DNA of 64,000 bases from Candidatus Latescibacterota bacterium. GTDB lineage: Bacteria; Latescibacterota; UBA2968; GCA-2709665. Of the stretch, positions 47,236 to 58,836 are shown piece after piece. Position 1 is the first letter of the stretch. The number at the start of each line of letters is the position of its first letter. A program made the translations under genes and the position numbers. The stretch covers positions 2,816,001 to 2,880,000 of the forward strand of contig OZ242358.1 in NCBI GenBank assembly GCA_965208835.1, written 5' to 3'. The notes under the pieces were generated by a model that saw only the letters and a list, made by a program, of their open reading frames with translations, ran no database searches and was not told where the DNA came from.

Positions 47236-50200
47236 TTAGCCGCAGTCGAGCACTTCTCTAAGGAACCGGCCCGTATGCGATGCGTCGACCTTCGCCACGT
47301 CTTCAGGCGTACCTTCCGCCACCAGGTATCCGCCGGCTTCGCCGCCGTCCGGACCAAGGTCGATGATCCAGTCCGCCGTCCTGATGACATCCAGATTGTG
47401 CTCGATCACGATGACCGTATTGCCCGCATCTACGAGTCGATTCAATACATCGAGCAGCCTGGCTACATCGGCGACGTGCAATCCGGTCGTAGGCTCGTCC
47501 AGCAGATATACTGTCTTGCCCGTGTCAGGCCGGGCGAGTTCCCTCGCGAGTTTTACCCGTTGCGCTTCCCCGCCCGACAGCGTGGTCGACGCCTGTCCCA
47601 TCTTGATATACCCCAATCCCACGTCGACCAGGGTCTTGAGCGTTCGACGGATTCCCGGCACGTTTGCGAACTGCCGCAGCGCGTGGTCGACCGTCATATC
47701 CAGCACATCGGCAACAGACCGGCCCTTGTACAGGACGTTCACCACATCCCGGTTGTACCGCTTCCCGCTGCAGTCCTCGCAGGTCACCCAGACATCGGGC
47801 AGAAAATGCATTTCGATACACCGTGATCCCAGCCCTTTACAGGCCTCGCAGCGGCCTTTCCGGTGATTGAAGCTGAAGTGCCCCGGCGAAAACCCGCGTA
47901 TCCTCGCGTCAGGCAACTGCGCATAGAGCGTCCGAATCTTGTCGAACACCTTCACGTAGGTCGCCGGATTGCTGCGTGGGGAAGAACCGATCGGGGACTG
48001 GTCGATGTTGATGACCTTGTCGATGCAGTCCATTCCCCGGACCTCGTCGTGATCCGCCGCGAATCCTCGGACATGGTTGAGTCCGGCGGAGAGCACCCCG
48101 TAAAGGACGTCGTTCACAAGCGAGGATTTTCCGGATCCCGACACGCCCGTGACGCCGATCAACATTCCGAGCGGAAACTTCACGTTCAGACGCTTCAGGT
48201 TGTTCTGGCGTGCGCCCACGACTTCGAGACAACCTTTAAGGGCAATCCTCCGTGGCGGCTGTTCGATGGCCAGTCCGCCCGCCAGGTACTCCGCCGTCAG
48301 TGATCCGTTCTCGGCGCTCAGGCGTTTCGGGTGCCCCTCCGCCACCAGCATTCCCCCGTGAGACCCGGCCCCGGGACCAAAATCCACAATATGATCCGCA
48401 GTTTCCAATGTCTCGCGATCGTGCTCGACGACCAGGAGGGTATTGCCGAGATCCCGCAACTGACGGAGGGCGGCGAGCAACCGTCGATTGTCCCGCTGGT
48501 GAAGTCCGATAGTCGGCTCATCCAGCACGTACAGTACGCCGGTCAGACCGGAACCAATCTGGCTGGCGAGACGGATTCGCTGCGCCTCGCCGCCCGATAA
48601 CGTGGGCGCCCGGCGCGACAGTGACAGGTATCCCAGGCCGACTTCGTACAGGAACCGCATCCGTTCGCGGATTTCCTGGAGGACTTCGCCGACGGCATCC
48701 AGCTCGCGACCTGTCAGTGTAAGATCCGTAAGCCATCGCCGCGCCGCACCGATGGGCAGGTCAACCAGCTCGCAAAGCGTCAGCCCGCGCAGACGGACGG
48801 AGGCACTTTCGGGCTTGAGACGCGTGCCTTCGCACGCACGGCACGGCACGTCTTCCACCAGATCGCCCATCTCTTCACGAAAGCGCGGGGAGAGTCTCGC
48901 CAGCTCCTCGAGCGAATTGAACAGACCCTTGTATTGGCATCGCATGCCGTTTGGGAGCCGAATCCATCGATCCCCGGTACCGTAGAGCAGCGCGTCCTGT
49001 GCAGCCTGCGACATCTGCGCGACCGGCGTCTCCAGGTCGAATTCCGCCACCTCGCCCACGGAACGAATCAGCGCTGCCAACGGGCCTTCGTTCATTTCGC
49101 CGAGAACCGGTACCGCCCCCTGGGACAAGGACCTTCGGGGATCCGGAATCAGCGTGTTCCTGCCCATCCCCCTCTGGATTCCCATGCCCTCGCATGAGGC
49201 GCACCATCCCTCAGGGCTGTTGAACGAAAGGTGCTGCGGGGTGACCTCGTCGAAACTCCTCCCGCACGACGGACAGGACAGGAACTGGCTGAATCTGGTT
49301 TCCACGTCATCGTCGGGAGAGGCCACGATGACGACGCCGCCCGACAACGCGAGCGCCTTCTCGATGGAATCCGCGATGCGCTTCCGTGCGCCGGGTCTCA
49401 GCGTGACGCGATCCACCAGGATCTCCAGCCTGTGCGACTGCCTATAGTCGATCTCTGCGGCGGAATTCAGGTCGAACACGTCTCCATCCAGCCTCCCACG
49501 CAGGTACCCGTCCCGAGCGGCCCTGGAAATCAGCCCGTTATAATCCTCTCCCCTGCCCGGTCGTTGCGGGCTCAGCAGATATATCCGTCTTCCCGAAGGC
49601 ATTCCCACGATTCGGTCGACGATTTCCTGAACCGCCAGCGCCCCGGCCCTCACGCCGCAGTCAGGGCAATGGACCTCTCCCACGAGCGCAAACAACGCCC
49701 GCAGGTAGTCATACACTTCGGTTACCGTGCCCACGGTAGACCGCGGGTTTCTGCTTGCGGCCTTCTGCTCTATGGCGATTGCAGGCGACAGCCCGATAAC
49801 CCGCTCGACCTTCGGTTTGGGAAGCTGACCCAAAAACTGCCGCGCGTATGCCGAAAGCGATTCTACATATCGCCTCTGGCCCTCCGCAAAAACCGTATCC
49901 AGGGCCAGCGAGGACTTTCCCGATCCGGAAACACCCGATACGGCGGTCAGCTTTTCTCGTGGAATCCGCACATCCACGTTCCGAAGGTTGTTCTCCCGTG
50001 CCCCGGTAACCTGGATTTCACGCACAAGTCCCCTGGGCCCATGGTGACGGCCATGCCCTGCGTCGGTCGTCGAAGGGACGTGTCCGTCTTCCAGGGCAGC
50101 CCGCAGAGGACGGGCCGTAGGAGAGCGTCTGGACCGCACCACGTGTTCGGGGGTCCCCTGAACCACCACATGGCCGCCGGCTTCCCCGCCTCCGGGTCCG

Positions 50201-52899
50201 AGGTCGATTATCCAGTCCGCTGTTTTGACGACATCCATGTTGTGTTCGATTACCACCACGGTATTTCCAAGATCCACGAGCCGATGAAGTACCCTGAGCA
50301 GGTTCTGAATATCTGCAAAATGCAGCCCTGTAGTAGGCTCATCCAAAATATAAAGAGTGGACCCTGTCTGTTTGCGGCATAATTCTTTAGCCAGTTTTAC
50401 CCTCTGCGCTTCACCGCCGGACAACGTTGGCGCCGGCTGCCCGAGTTTCACGTAGCCCATCCCCACCTCGACCAGGACCTCAAGTATGCGATGGACCTGG
50501 GGCACCGCTTCGAAGAGGGCGCAAGCCCGCCTCACCTCCATTTCCAGCACGTCCGCGATCGACGCCCCCTTGTAACGAACATCCAGCGTCTCACGATTGA
50601 AACGCCGTCCTTCGCAGACGTCGCACGTCACCCAAACGTCGGCAAGAAAGTCCATCTCGACCACGTTGGCGCCATTTCCGTCGCAGGCCTCGCACCGCCC
50701 GCCTTTCACATTGAAACTGAACCGGCCCGGCCTGTATCCTCTCACCCTGGACTCGGGCAGGTCCGCGTACAAGGCACGAATCGGGCCGAACACGCCCGTG
50801 TACGTGGCCGGGTTGCTCCTTGGGGTACGTCCGATCGGCTGCTGGTCGATCTCGATTACCTTATCCAGCGCATCGATGCCTTCAATCCGGTCGAAGTCAC
50901 CGGGTTCGGTCTCGGCCCGGTTCAATTCCCGCGCCAGCGTCCGGTAGACGATGTCGTTAATGAGCGAACTCTTCCCCGAACCGGAGACCCCCGTCACGCA
51001 ATTGAACAGCCCGAGGGGGATCTCAACGTCGATTCCCTTAAGGTTATGCTGCCTCCCGCCGTAAACACGGAGCAGGGGGCCGGCAGGCGCCCTGCGATCG
51101 GGCACTGCGATTGATTGTTCACCTGAGAGATAGGATCCAGTCCTGGACCTTTCCGACAGAGCGATGGTCGGCCAGGGCCCGCAGGCGACCACCTCCCCTC
51201 CCAGGTGACCGGGACCCGGTCCGAAATCCACGATCCAGTCCGCCCTCCTCATCGTTTCCTCGTCGTGTTCCACGACAATAACCGTATTGCCCGCGTCCCG
51301 CAACAGGCACAGCGCGTCGAGCAGCCGCTTGTTGTCTTGCTGGTGCAGCCCGATCGAGGGTTCGTCCAGCACGTACGTGACCCCGACCAGACCGCTGCCG
51401 ATCTGACCGGCCAGCCGGATGCGCTGCGCCTCGCCCCCGGACAGCGTGGGCGCCGTACGGTCCAGTGTCAGATAGTCCAGCCCGACGTCAAGCAGGAACC
51501 TGAGCCGACCCAGGATTTCCTTGAGTGCATCCTCCGCGATCCTCCGGCGGGTCGCGGTCAGATTCAGTCCGCTGAAGAACGCAAAGGCATCCCTCACCGA
51601 CATCGCCGCGGCCGCCGGGAGCGATTTCCCCTCGATGGTCACCGCCGCGGCTTCGTCCCTCAGCCGCGCACCTTGGCACGCGGGGCATCTTCCCGTACGC
51701 ATGTACGGACCCAGCTTTCGCCGCCAGGCCGGTGATCCACCTTCCGCATATCTGCGTTCCAGCGGCGGAAAGATCCCGTCGAACGTGTCGTAATGCCTGT
51801 AAACGTTGCCGTCCCGCTTCCGCCATTCGAGCGTGATGCGCTTCTTCACACCATACAGCAGTTCCTCCCGTGCCGTCTCGGTGATTTCCCTCCACGGTGT
51901 ATTGACGTCAGCGCCGTGGCGCATCAATACACCATTGTAATAGTGTATTTTCCACCGGTTACGCGGCTGCCCGAGCGGCGCGATCGCGCCGTCCATTACA
52001 GAAAGGGAGTCGTCGGGTACCGACCGTGTCGGATCCAGGGCAATCTGGGCGCCGAGGCCCTTGCAAGTGGGACACATCCCCTGCGGATTGTTGAATGAAA
52101 ACAACTGAGGCGTGGGTTCGGTTGCGCTCAAGCCGCACCGGGTGCAGGCAAAGCTGGAACTCAGCAGCAGGTCCTCGCCTTCCTCGAAACCGACGATCAG
52201 CGTACCGCCGCCGTATCCCAGAGCCGCATCGACAGCTTCGCCTACTCGCCCGAATCCATCCTCCCGCACGACCAGCCGGTCCACGACGAGGTCGATATCG
52301 TGTCGGATGTGTCGTTCAAGCCGCTGCGACTCGGTCAGTTGCACGATCCGTCCGTCGACACGGACACGGAGGTAACCGTCCCGTTGAAGGTCGTCGAACA
52401 GATCCAGATACTCCCCCTTTCTCCCGCGTACTAGCGGCGCCATGACGTATATCCGCGTTCCGGCGCCCAGCGCCATGATCCGGCCCACGATTCCGTCGCG
52501 CGTCTGTGCGCCGATGGGTGTTCCGCACGACACACAATGCGGAACGCCAACCCGTGCGTACAGAACCCGAAGGTAGTCGTAGATTTCCGTCATCGTGCCT
52601 ACTGTCGACCTTGGATTCCACGCGGCAGCCTTCTGCTGGATCGAAACCGTTGGCGAAAGTCCGGTTATCTGGTCTACCTCGGGCTTGCGGATCTGACCCA
52701 GAAACTGACGGGCATACGCGGACAGGGACTCGATATAACGTCGCTGGCCCTCGGCAAAGATCGTATCGAAGGCCAGCGAGGACTTCCCGGAGCCCGAAAC
52801 ACCCGTAAAGCATATCAGCTGATTTCGGGGCAGGGTCAGGTTCACGCCCTTCAGGTTATGAACCCGCGCGCCCTTGATTACGATGTCACGTGTTTCCAT
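47236..52899 (-). CDS. uvrA: Excinuclease ABC subunit A, tandem-duplicated double-length form (1887 aa)
   Basis: Four [10 protein letters not shown] Walker A motifs, four LSGGEAQR signatures, two EGQRRY.ESLS and two PRSNPATY motifs, zinc fingers in both halves. Confidence 0.97.
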   Translation of the reverse strand: METRDIVIKGARVHNLKGVNLTLPRNQLICFTGVSGSGKSSLAFDTIFAEGQRRYIESLSAYARQFLGQIRKPEVDQITGLSPTVSIQQKAAAWNPRSTVGTMTEIYDYLRVLYARVGVPHCVSCGTPIGAQTRDGIVGRIMALGAGTRIYVMAPLVRGRKGEYLDLFDDLQRDGYLRVRVDGRIVQLTESQRLERHIRHDIDLVVDRLVVREDGFGRVGEAVDAALGYGGGTLIVGFEEGEDLLLSSSFACTRCGLSATEPTPQLFSFNNPQGMCPTCKGLGAQIALDPTRSVPDDSLSVMDGAIAPLGQPRNRWKIHYYNGVLMRHGADVNTPWREITETAREELLYGVKKRITLEWRKRDGNVYRHYDTFDGIFPPLERRYAEGGSPAWRRKLGPYMRTGRCPACQGARLRDEAAAVTIEGKSLPAAAAMSVRDAFAFFSGLNLTATRRRIAEDALKEILGRLRFLLDVGLDYLTLDRTAPTLSGGEAQRIRLAGQIGSGLVGVTYVLDEPSIGLHQQDNKRLLDALCLLRDAGNTVIVVEHDEETMRRADWIVDFGPGPGHLGGEVVACGPWPTIALSERSRTGSYLSGEQSIAVPDRRAPAGPLLRVYGGRQHNLKGIDVEIPLGLFNCVTGVSGSGKSSLINDIVYRTLARELNRAETEPGDFDRIEGIDALDKVIEIDQQPIGRTPRSNPATYTGVFGPIRALYADLPESRVRGYRPGRFSFNVKGGRCEACDGNGANVVEMDFLADVWVTCDVCEGRRFNRETLDVRYKGASIADVLEMEVRRACALFEAVPQVHRILEVLVEVGMGYVKLGQPAPTLSGGEAQRVKLAKELCRKQTGSTLYILDEPTTGLHFADIQNLLRVLHRLVDLGNTVVVIEHNMDVVKTADWIIDLGPGGGEAGGHVVVQGTPEHVVRSRRSPTARPLRAALEDGHVPSTTDAGHGRHHGPRGLVREIQVTGARENNLRNVDVRIPREKLTAVSGVSGSGKSSLALDTVFAEGQRRYVESLSAYARQFLGQLPKPKVERVIGLSPAIAIEQKAASRNPRSTVGTVTEVYDYLRALFALVGEVHCPDCGVRAGALAVQEIVDRIVGMPSGRRIYLLSPQRPGRGEDYNGLISRAARDGYLRGRLDGDVFDLNSAAEIDYRQSHRLEILVDRVTLRPGARKRIADSIEKALALSGGVVIVASPDDDVETRFSQFLSCPSCGRSFDEVTPQHLSFNSPEGWCASCEGMGIQRGMGRNTLIPDPRRSLSQGAVPVLGEMNEGPLAALIRSVGEVAEFDLETPVAQMSQAAQDALLYGTGDRWIRLPNGMRCQYKGLFNSLEELARLSPRFREEMGDLVEDVPCRACEGTRLKPESASVRLRGLTLCELVDLPIGAARRWLTDLTLTGRELDAVGEVLQEIRERMRFLYEVGLGYLSLSRRAPTLSGGEAQRIRLASQIGSGLTGVLYVLDEPTIGLHQRDNRRLLAALRQLRDLGNTLLVVEHDRETLETADHIVDFGPGAGSHGGMLVAEGHPKRLSAENGSLTAEYLAGGLAIEQPPRRIALKGCLEVVGARQNNLKRLNVKFPLGMLIGVTGVSGSGKSSLVNDVLYGVLSAGLNHVRGFAADHDEVRGMDCIDKVINIDQSPIGSSPRSNPATYVKVFDKIRTLYAQLPDARIRGFSPGHFSFNHRKGRCEACKGLGSRCIEMHFLPDVWVTCEDCSGKRYNRDVVNVLYKGRSVADVLDMTVDHALRQFANVPGIRRTLKTLVDVGLGYIKMGQASTTLSGGEAQRVKLARELARPDTGKTVYLLDEPTTGLHVADVARLLDVLNRLVDAGNTVIVIEHNLDVIRTADWIIDLGPDGGEAGGYLVAEGTPEDVAKVDASHTGRFLREVLDCG

Positions 52900-53237
52900 G
52901 CTTCCACCGCGATCCCCGTTGCTTCGCCGGAAAACAGACCGCCTCCGGAATTGGATGACATGCCAATCGACTCTCGAATAGACATACGAGGTGTCATCGT
53001 GGACAAACCCTTGTTATCGATCACGAAATACCATTTGGGAAACCCGTGCACCACAGTATTGAGCGGCACCGGTTACCTTACCTGACACCGTAAGAGCATG
53101 AACTCCAAATATACTACTCAAATGTTCAGGCATCAAGATAAAACCTATGCGGATTTCCATTATTGAATGGCAGCGTTGGAAAGCCTGAAGTCGACCGGTT
53201 CACCGGGGTCCGGGCGCTTCCACGGGCCCAAACGACC

Positions 53238-53273
53238 AAAAGCGCCTTTATCCCGGATGGACAAAGACGCTTT
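53238..53273 (-). terminator. Intrinsic terminator after the STAS gene
   Basis: Minus strand AAAGCGTCTTTGTCC-atccg-GGATAAAGGCGCTTTT; the two mismatches are G-U pairs only on this strand. Confidence 0.65.
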
Positions 53274-53301
53274 CGTATTCTCTTCCAGCTGGTGCGGGGC
53301 T

Positions 53302-53655
53302 TTACTCGGGCGGTTGCGTCCTGAAACTCGCTACTGCCCGATCCACGGTATCCAGGGTCCGGAAGATTCCCGCGAGTTGTGTGACCATCAGGATACTCTC
53401 GATCTTGCGGGTAATACCCGTAAGCCGCATATCCCCACCCGCGTGCCGGACCGTTGTCAGACTGGCGGTCATGACGCCGAGCATAGAGCTCCCAAACCAT
53501 TTCACCTTCGAAAAGTCGACCACCACCCTGCTGATGCCATCCTTTACCAGCCGTTTGATGTGGTCGTGAAATTCGGCCACTTCGGGACCGGACATCAGGG
53601 CGCCCGTTACCGTCAGGACGGCAACATCTTCCCGGATCTCCTCATTGATTTTCAT
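53302..53655 (-). CDS. STAS-domain anti-sigma factor antagonist
   Basis: VVVDFSKVKWFGSSMLG, GGDMRL, TQLAGIF; 117 aa. Confidence 0.88.
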   Translation of the reverse strand: MKINEEIREDVAVLTVTGALMSGPEVAEFHDHIKRLVKDGISRVVVDFSKVKWFGSSMLGVMTASLTTVRHAGGDMRLTGITRKIESILMVTQLAGIFRTLDTVDRAVASFRTQPPE

Positions 53656-53908
53656 GGTTCTTCCCCCTCAAAGGTTTCGAGTTACAGCAGCTTCCTTCGC
53701 CAAACTCAATCGCGCGTTACATTCCGTATGATCTGAGAAGAATCGCTGCCACCCAATATAATTGCAATCGTGCTCAGGATCAAGTCAGGAATTTCAGCAG
53801 GCGCAACGGCAACGACCGGATTCGCCTTGACAAAGCCCGGCTCGACGGCTTACTTGACTGCCGCCAGTCAGTGGACGTTACCTCTCAACGAAAAAGAAGG
53901 CGAGTATC

Positions 53909-54703
53909 ATGGAACTGGGATGCAGTACGATTCTCTATGGTGGACACGACCTGAGCGTCGCAATGGAACGGATCCGGTCGGCCGGCTACCGGGCGATCGA
54001 ACTCTGTTGTATTCCGGGGATGGCGCCTCACGTGGCGATCGGCGAAAGAGACGCTTATTACCGCGATATCAGACGTCGCGCCGCGGATCACCAGTTGACA
54101 ATCGAATCTCTAGGTGCCAGCGGCAACCTGGACGATAAGGACCGTTTTCTGCAGATCCTGGATGCGGCCGCCGCGCTCGGCGCCCCCCTTGTCACAACGG
54201 GCCCCGGGGGGAAACCCGACAATGAAGATGCGTTTATGTCAACCGTCGAAGAGATCAACGCCCTCGCGGTCCACGCTGCCCGACGCGGTGTCAGGCTCAG
54301 CATCAAACCGCATGTCGGCAATGCCGTTTACAATACCGAGACGGCTTTCCGGTTTATGCAGCTGGTCGATCGGAAGCGGGTTGGCATCAACTACGACGCG
54401 ACCCATATCTGGCGGTGCCCGCAGCGGGAGGTACCCGAAGAAAGCATCGGCAGGATCAGCCGGTACATTATTTCATTGAGGATCCGTGACGTCAAGGGCC
54501 GGCAGTCCGCAATCGGGTCCGTTGAGAATCAGGTGGCCGGTCAGGGAGATATGGATCTCCACGCACAGGCAGACGCCTTTCGAAAGATCCCGGGGCTCAG
54601 GTACGCGGTCCTGGAAATCGTAGGTACGCGGGAAATGGGCGTGGACGACATCGACGGCGTTCTGCGGCGGTCGTTCGATTATTTCCTTCCACTGTTCGAA
54701 TGA
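53909..54703 (+). CDS. Sugar phosphate isomerase/epimerase (xylose isomerase-like TIM barrel)
   Basis: GYRAIEL, LSIKPH, GINYDATH, IRD, AGQG, VLE; several usual metal ligands are substituted. Confidence 0.75.
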   Translation: MELGCSTILYGGHDLSVAMERIRSAGYRAIELCCIPGMAPHVAIGERDAYYRDIRRRAADHQLTIESLGASGNLDDKDRFLQILDAAAALGAPLVTTGPGGKPDNEDAFMSTVEEINALAVHAARRGVRLSIKPHVGNAVYNTETAFRFMQLVDRKRVGINYDATHIWRCPQREVPEESIGRISRYIISLRIRDVKGRQSAIGSVENQVAGQGDMDLHAQADAFRKIPGLRYAVLEIVGTREMGVDDIDGVLRRSFDYFLPLFE

Positions 54704-54796
54704 GTAGAAGGGGATTTCGGGAAACAACCCCTGCAGGTTCGATTCTACCTCCGATTCACTGAAGGCGGTATTCTGTATCATTCAAGGAGCACGGGT

Positions 54797-55849
54797 ATGA
54801 TCCGCGTTGGCGTCATCGGCATGCGCGGCATTGGAGGCCAGCATGCCGCGGTATACATGAACAACAGCAGAACGGACCTCGTGGCTGTCTGCGACCTCGT
54901 GAAGGAACGCGCGGACGGCGCTGCGGAGCTTTCAGGCGCGAAGCCGTTCTACGACGTTGGGGAAATGCTGCGGTGCGAAGAACTCGATGCCGTGAGCATA
55001 GCGACCGGCGGCATCGAGAACGGAGGTGACCATTACGAACCCGCGATCCGGTGCATGGAAGCCGGATTGGACGTCCTGTGTGAAAAGCCGATAAGCAACA
55101 ATATCGACCACGCCCGTCAAATGGTGAAGAAGGCGCGGGAGTGTGACGTCAGGTTTGGTATCAACCTGAACCACCGGTTCGTCCCGCCAGCGGCGAAGGC
55201 CAGGGGCTGGATTGAAGAAGGCCGCCTGGGCCATCTGCTGCTCATCAACATGACCATGTGGATCGGAAATCCCAACGAGACTTCTCCCTGGTTCCACCTT
55301 CGGGCCCTGCACCCTCATTCCATCGACATCATGCGCTACTTCTGCGGAAGCGTTAAACGGGTACAGGCGTTTCTGAACAAGGCGCCCGGACGCAGCGGAG
55401 ACAACGCCTCGGTATGCTGGTCCAACGCACAGATCAACATGCAATTCGAGAACGACGTTGTGGGCCACCTTACCGGAAGCTATGACACCAATCCTGCTCA
55501 CAACCTGGAACGTTGCGAGGTATTGGGAACCGAGGGGCGTTTTGTCCTGGACAACTGCTTTGAAGACCTGACTCTGTATCCGAGACGCTCCGAGGAACTC
55601 ACCGTCGTACGAAACTCCATTATGGGCGGTCTGGTATTCGAGGACACCTTTACGGGGCGCATCAACCGATGGATCGAACAGCTGGAAGAAGGCGCGCCCC
55701 AGTCGGAAATCGAAGGGTCCGGTGAAGACGGGCTCGCCGTGCAGGAAGTCATCGAAGCGTCCATCCGTTCCTGGAAGGAGCAGACCATCGCGGACGTACC
55801 TGAAGTGCCCGCCGCATCCTGTCCTGTCACTACGCAAGATGAAGATTGA
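54797..55849 (+). CDS. Gfo/Idh/MocA family oxidoreductase
   Basis: VGVIG..GIG..H, VAVCD, LCEKP, NHRF, HSID. Confidence 0.9.
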   Translation: MIRVGVIGMRGIGGQHAAVYMNNSRTDLVAVCDLVKERADGAAELSGAKPFYDVGEMLRCEELDAVSIATGGIENGGDHYEPAIRCMEAGLDVLCEKPISNNIDHARQMVKKARECDVRFGINLNHRFVPPAAKARGWIEEGRLGHLLLINMTMWIGNPNETSPWFHLRALHPHSIDIMRYFCGSVKRVQAFLNKAPGRSGDNASVCWSNAQINMQFENDVVGHLTGSYDTNPAHNLERCEVLGTEGRFVLDNCFEDLTLYPRRSEELTVVRNSIMGGLVFEDTFTGRINRWIEQLEEGAPQSEIEGSGEDGLAVQEVIEASIRSWKEQTIADVPEVPAASCPVTTQDED

Positions 55850-57086
55850 ACTCAACGGCGTGAGTTACCGCATTCCGTGGACCTCCGTCGCTGTGATCTG
55901 CGTCGACGGCGGCGACCCGGAGTACTTCGATGCGGCGCGGAAGGCCGGAGTGATTCCAGCCATTGACCGCTTCATGGAAGCCGGGTTCGCCGGCGCGGCC
56001 CACTGTGTCATTCCGAGCTTCACCAATCCCAACAACCTCTCGATCGCCACGGGCGCCCCGCCCGAAGTACACGGTGTTTCCGGCAACTTCTACCTCGACC
56101 GGCTGACCGGCGAGGCGGTTCCGATGACCGGACCTGCAATGATGCGTTCGCGTACGGTTTTCGACGTCGCCTCAAAGGCCGGCATCGAAACGGCCGTCAT
56201 CACCGCGAAGGACAAACTCCGGCGACAGCTCGGCAAGGGAATGGACGTCGGCGATGGCAACGTCTGTTTCTCTTCCCAGTGCGCCGACCGCTGCACGCTC
56301 CACGAGAACGGGATTCAAGACGTGCTCGGCTGGGTCGGCCAACCGTTGCCCGACATGTATTCAGACGCGCTGTCCCTGTTCGTCCTCGACGCCGGCGTCC
56401 GGTTTCTTGCAGAGGGTAACCGGCCTCGTCTGGCGTACCTGTCGCTTACGGATTATGTCCAGCACAAGTACCCCCCTGACCATCCGGTCGCCCTGGAGTT
56501 CTTTCGATCGCTCGACCTGCGATGCGCAAAGCTCGACCGGCTCGGTGCAACCGTGGCCCTGGTGGCCGATCACGGCATGAAAGACAAATGCGCCGCGGAC
56601 GGTACGTACAACATCATCTATCTTCAGGACCTGCTGGACAGGCGTTTCGGACGTGGAAAAACGCGCGTCATCTGTCCGATCACCGATGCGTTCGTGGGGC
56701 ATCACGGCGCTTTGGGAGGATTTGTCAGGGTGTACTGCTTCGAAGACCTGGCGGTTGACGATGCCATTCGATTCATCGAGTCCGTCGAAGGGGTCGAATC
56801 GGTCCTGCAGCGCGCCGACGCGGCAACCCGATTCGAACTTCCGGTCGACGTCGAAGGCGACGTCGCGGTGATCGCCAAGGGTGGGTTCTGTATAGGCACG
56901 ACTCCCGGCGATCACGATCTCGAGGAGCTGCACGGGGAGCGCCTGCGTTCGCACGGCGGCGTCTCTGAGCAGCAGGTGCCGTTCATCCTCAACCGCCCGC
57001 TGAACGGGGAATACAGGGCGCGGGCCGGGTCGGAACAACTGATGAATTACCACGTTTTCGACTATGCGTTGAATGGCGTTGCGTGA
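55839..57086 (+). CDS. phnA: Phosphonoacetate hydrolase
   Basis: CVDG, PSFTNPNNLSI.TG, TAKDKLR, TDYVQHK, ADHGM, ICPITD, LRSHGG.SEQ; ATG 55839 overlaps the upstream stop. Confidence 0.9.
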   Translation: MKIELNGVSYRIPWTSVAVICVDGGDPEYFDAARKAGVIPAIDRFMEAGFAGAAHCVIPSFTNPNNLSIATGAPPEVHGVSGNFYLDRLTGEAVPMTGPAMMRSRTVFDVASKAGIETAVITAKDKLRRQLGKGMDVGDGNVCFSSQCADRCTLHENGIQDVLGWVGQPLPDMYSDALSLFVLDAGVRFLAEGNRPRLAYLSLTDYVQHKYPPDHPVALEFFRSLDLRCAKLDRLGATVALVADHGMKDKCAADGTYNIIYLQDLLDRRFGRGKTRVICPITDAFVGHHGALGGFVRVYCFEDLAVDDAIRFIESVEGVESVLQRADAATRFELPVDVEGDVAVIAKGGFCIGTTPGDHDLEELHGERLRSHGGVSEQQVPFILNRPLNGEYRARAGSEQLMNYHVFDYALNGVA

Positions 57087-57175
57087 TACAAACTCGACGC
57101 CGTTCGTGTCCGCGTCTGCCGATCCGGTCACCCGCCGTTGTTTCGAAACTTTCTGTCCAAAAGGGAGATACAGAT

Positions 57176-57568
57176 ATGTGTTCGACGAGGCTGTACGAAG
57201 CCGCCTTTCCCTATGCCGACGACGTCCTGGCGCTTCCAATAAAGGATATCGACAAAGCTTCAACCTGGTACTGTAACGCTTTCGGACTCAACGAGGTAGA
57301 GCGTCATTGCAATCCCGTTCCCACGGTCGTCCTCGAACGGGACGGCGTCCGAATCGGATTCGCCGTCAATGGCGGTGACCCGGGACAGGAAGGGGCTGCC
57401 ATTCTGGTGTCCGACATCCACAGAGCGAGGCGGGAGCTGGAGGCGAAGGGAATCCAGATCGGCAACTGGCGCATTGACGAGAACGACGGCCGACGGTTCC
57501 AGGTCTTCTTCGTCGTCGCCCCGGACGGACTCTGTTACTATTTCCACCAGCCGATCGAAGGTGCATAG
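57176..57568 (+). CDS. VOC/glyoxalase family protein
   Basis: DIDKA..WY..AFG, VSDI....RELEAKG, FFVVAPDG; GGAG RBS before ATG 57176. Confidence 0.8.
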   Translation: MCSTRLYEAAFPYADDVLALPIKDIDKASTWYCNAFGLNEVERHCNPVPTVVLERDGVRIGFAVNGGDPGQEGAAILVSDIHRARRELEAKGIQIGNWRIDENDGRRFQVFFVVAPDGLCYYFHQPIEGA

Positions 57569-57574
57569 ACACGG

Positions 57575-57603
57575 AAAAAGGCCGGGTTCGGAGCCCGGCC
57601 TTT
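57575..57603. terminator. Bidirectional intrinsic terminator between convergent genes
   Basis: AAAAAGGCCGGGTT-cgg-AGCCCGGCCTTT. Confidence 0.75.
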
Positions 57604-57646
57604 CTGAATGTACGTCCGGATGAAAACGAGAAGCGGGGAGGAACGG

Positions 57647-58336
57647 CTATCGTTCCTTCTTCCTCTGTTTCTCTTTCCTGGCGAACGATTTCGCTATGTA
57701 CGAGGCCGCGTCGGGCGTCCTGCAACTGGTTTCACCGTGGTCCACCTCGACGGGACCGATCCGTTTCGCGGCCGCGATCGCACGATCGCGGTAGGACGCG
57801 CTATACGTCCCGATCGCGATCAACGCGTTGTTCATCGCGTAGCGGACGCGGTTCGGCTGGCTGTGGATTTGCATCTCGATTCGCTCGAGGCATGAGTCCA
57901 GAAGTGCATCGTCGACATCCCCGTGATCGTTCAATACCATCTCCGTGAACGTATTCCACCCCGCTGTAGCGACCCACTCTCCCCGCCTCGATGTCCATTT
58001 TCTGAAACGTGCGATTCCGGTCTTCGATGCGCTTGCCAGGGCTCCCAGTTCTCCGGCGAGAATCGAGTTGTCGATATCGCGCACCCAGGCGTCGAGCCGG
58101 GCTGCACTCAACCTCGACGGGTCCGCGAGCCGCGTGGCCAGCACCCTGGCGTCGTGGTTGCCCGTGTTCCATAACCCCTCGGCCTGTCGATGGTCCCGCT
58201 TGATCTTCCGGGCCAGCTTGTTCAGATTGGCGAAGCTGACGCCGTACATCGGCGGGTTGACGCCATGACGCGCATAGACCTTGCGGTTCTGCGCAGTGCC
58301 GAGTTCTTCGAGCGTTGACAGTGTTTCGTTCAGCAT
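57647..58336 (-). CDS. DNA alkylation repair protein (AlkD-like helical repeat)
   Basis: YGVSFANL, LWNTGNHDAR.LA, MNNALIAIG, VDHGETSCRTPDA. Confidence 0.8.
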   Translation of the reverse strand: MLNETLSTLEELGTAQNRKVYARHGVNPPMYGVSFANLNKLARKIKRDHRQAEGLWNTGNHDARVLATRLADPSRLSAARLDAWVRDIDNSILAGELGALASASKTGIARFRKWTSRRGEWVATAGWNTFTEMVLNDHGDVDDALLDSCLERIEMQIHSQPNRVRYAMNNALIAIGTYSASYRDRAIAAAKRIGPVEVDHGETSCRTPDAASYIAKSFARKEKQRKKER

Positions 58337-58413
58337 TGTCGTTTCCCCGACTGACGGATTCGCCCCGCCGTTTCCGCGGTGACCGCACTCGCAACTTCGG
58401 AGCGGTCAGGAAC

Positions 58414-58836
58414 TCACGCCTCCGGATGCTCGAAATTGACCTGCCATCTGATACCGAACCTGTCGACGCACATCCCGAAATAGGCCCCCCAGAACATATC
58501 CTGCATCGGCATCGCCAGATTGCCGCCCTCCGACAGGCCGGCGAGCAGCCTGTCCGCGTCCGCCTTGCTGTCCGGACTGACGGTAATGGAAAAATTGCTG
58601 CCCGTCTGTGGCGCGGGTCCGAATGCCGAGGAATGATCGCTTCCCATGAGCACGCTGTCGCCGACCGGCAGCGACACGTGCATGATACGTTCGCGTTCGT
58701 CGTCCGGTACCTGCAGATCGGGAGGACCGTCTCCAAAGGTCTGGATGAACAGGAAGTCGCCGCCGAATACGGTGCGGTAGAACTCAAATGCCTCCCGACA
58801 CTGCTTTTCGAAGGTTAGATAGGTATTCAGTTGCAA
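58414..58836 (-). CDS. VOC family protein, PhnB/YjdN-like
   Basis: YLTF...CREAFEFY..VFGG, IMHVSL, LMGSD, MFWGAYFG...DRFGIRW. Confidence 0.88.
   Translation of the reverse strand: MQLNTYLTFEKQCREAFEFYRTVFGGDFLFIQTFGDGPPDLQVPDDERERIMHVSLPVGDSVLMGSDHSSAFGPAPQTGSNFSITVSPDSKADADRLLAGLSEGGNLAMPMQDMFWGAYFGMCVDRFGIRWQVNFEHPEA

Noticed and set aside
53095-53130. TGAAC-N20-GTTCA upstream of uvrA as a LexA box
   Set aside because: The spacing matches no LexA motif I know, and the half-sites are short
54730-54750. GGTTCGATTC as a tRNA T-loop (also near 31322 and 63088)
   Set aside because: No T-stem pairing, acceptor stem or cloverleaf at these sites
58414-58836. PhnB-like gene as part of the phosphonate pathway
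   Set aside because: Opposite strand, beyond a terminator; PhnB/YjdN proteins have no established role in C-P cleavage
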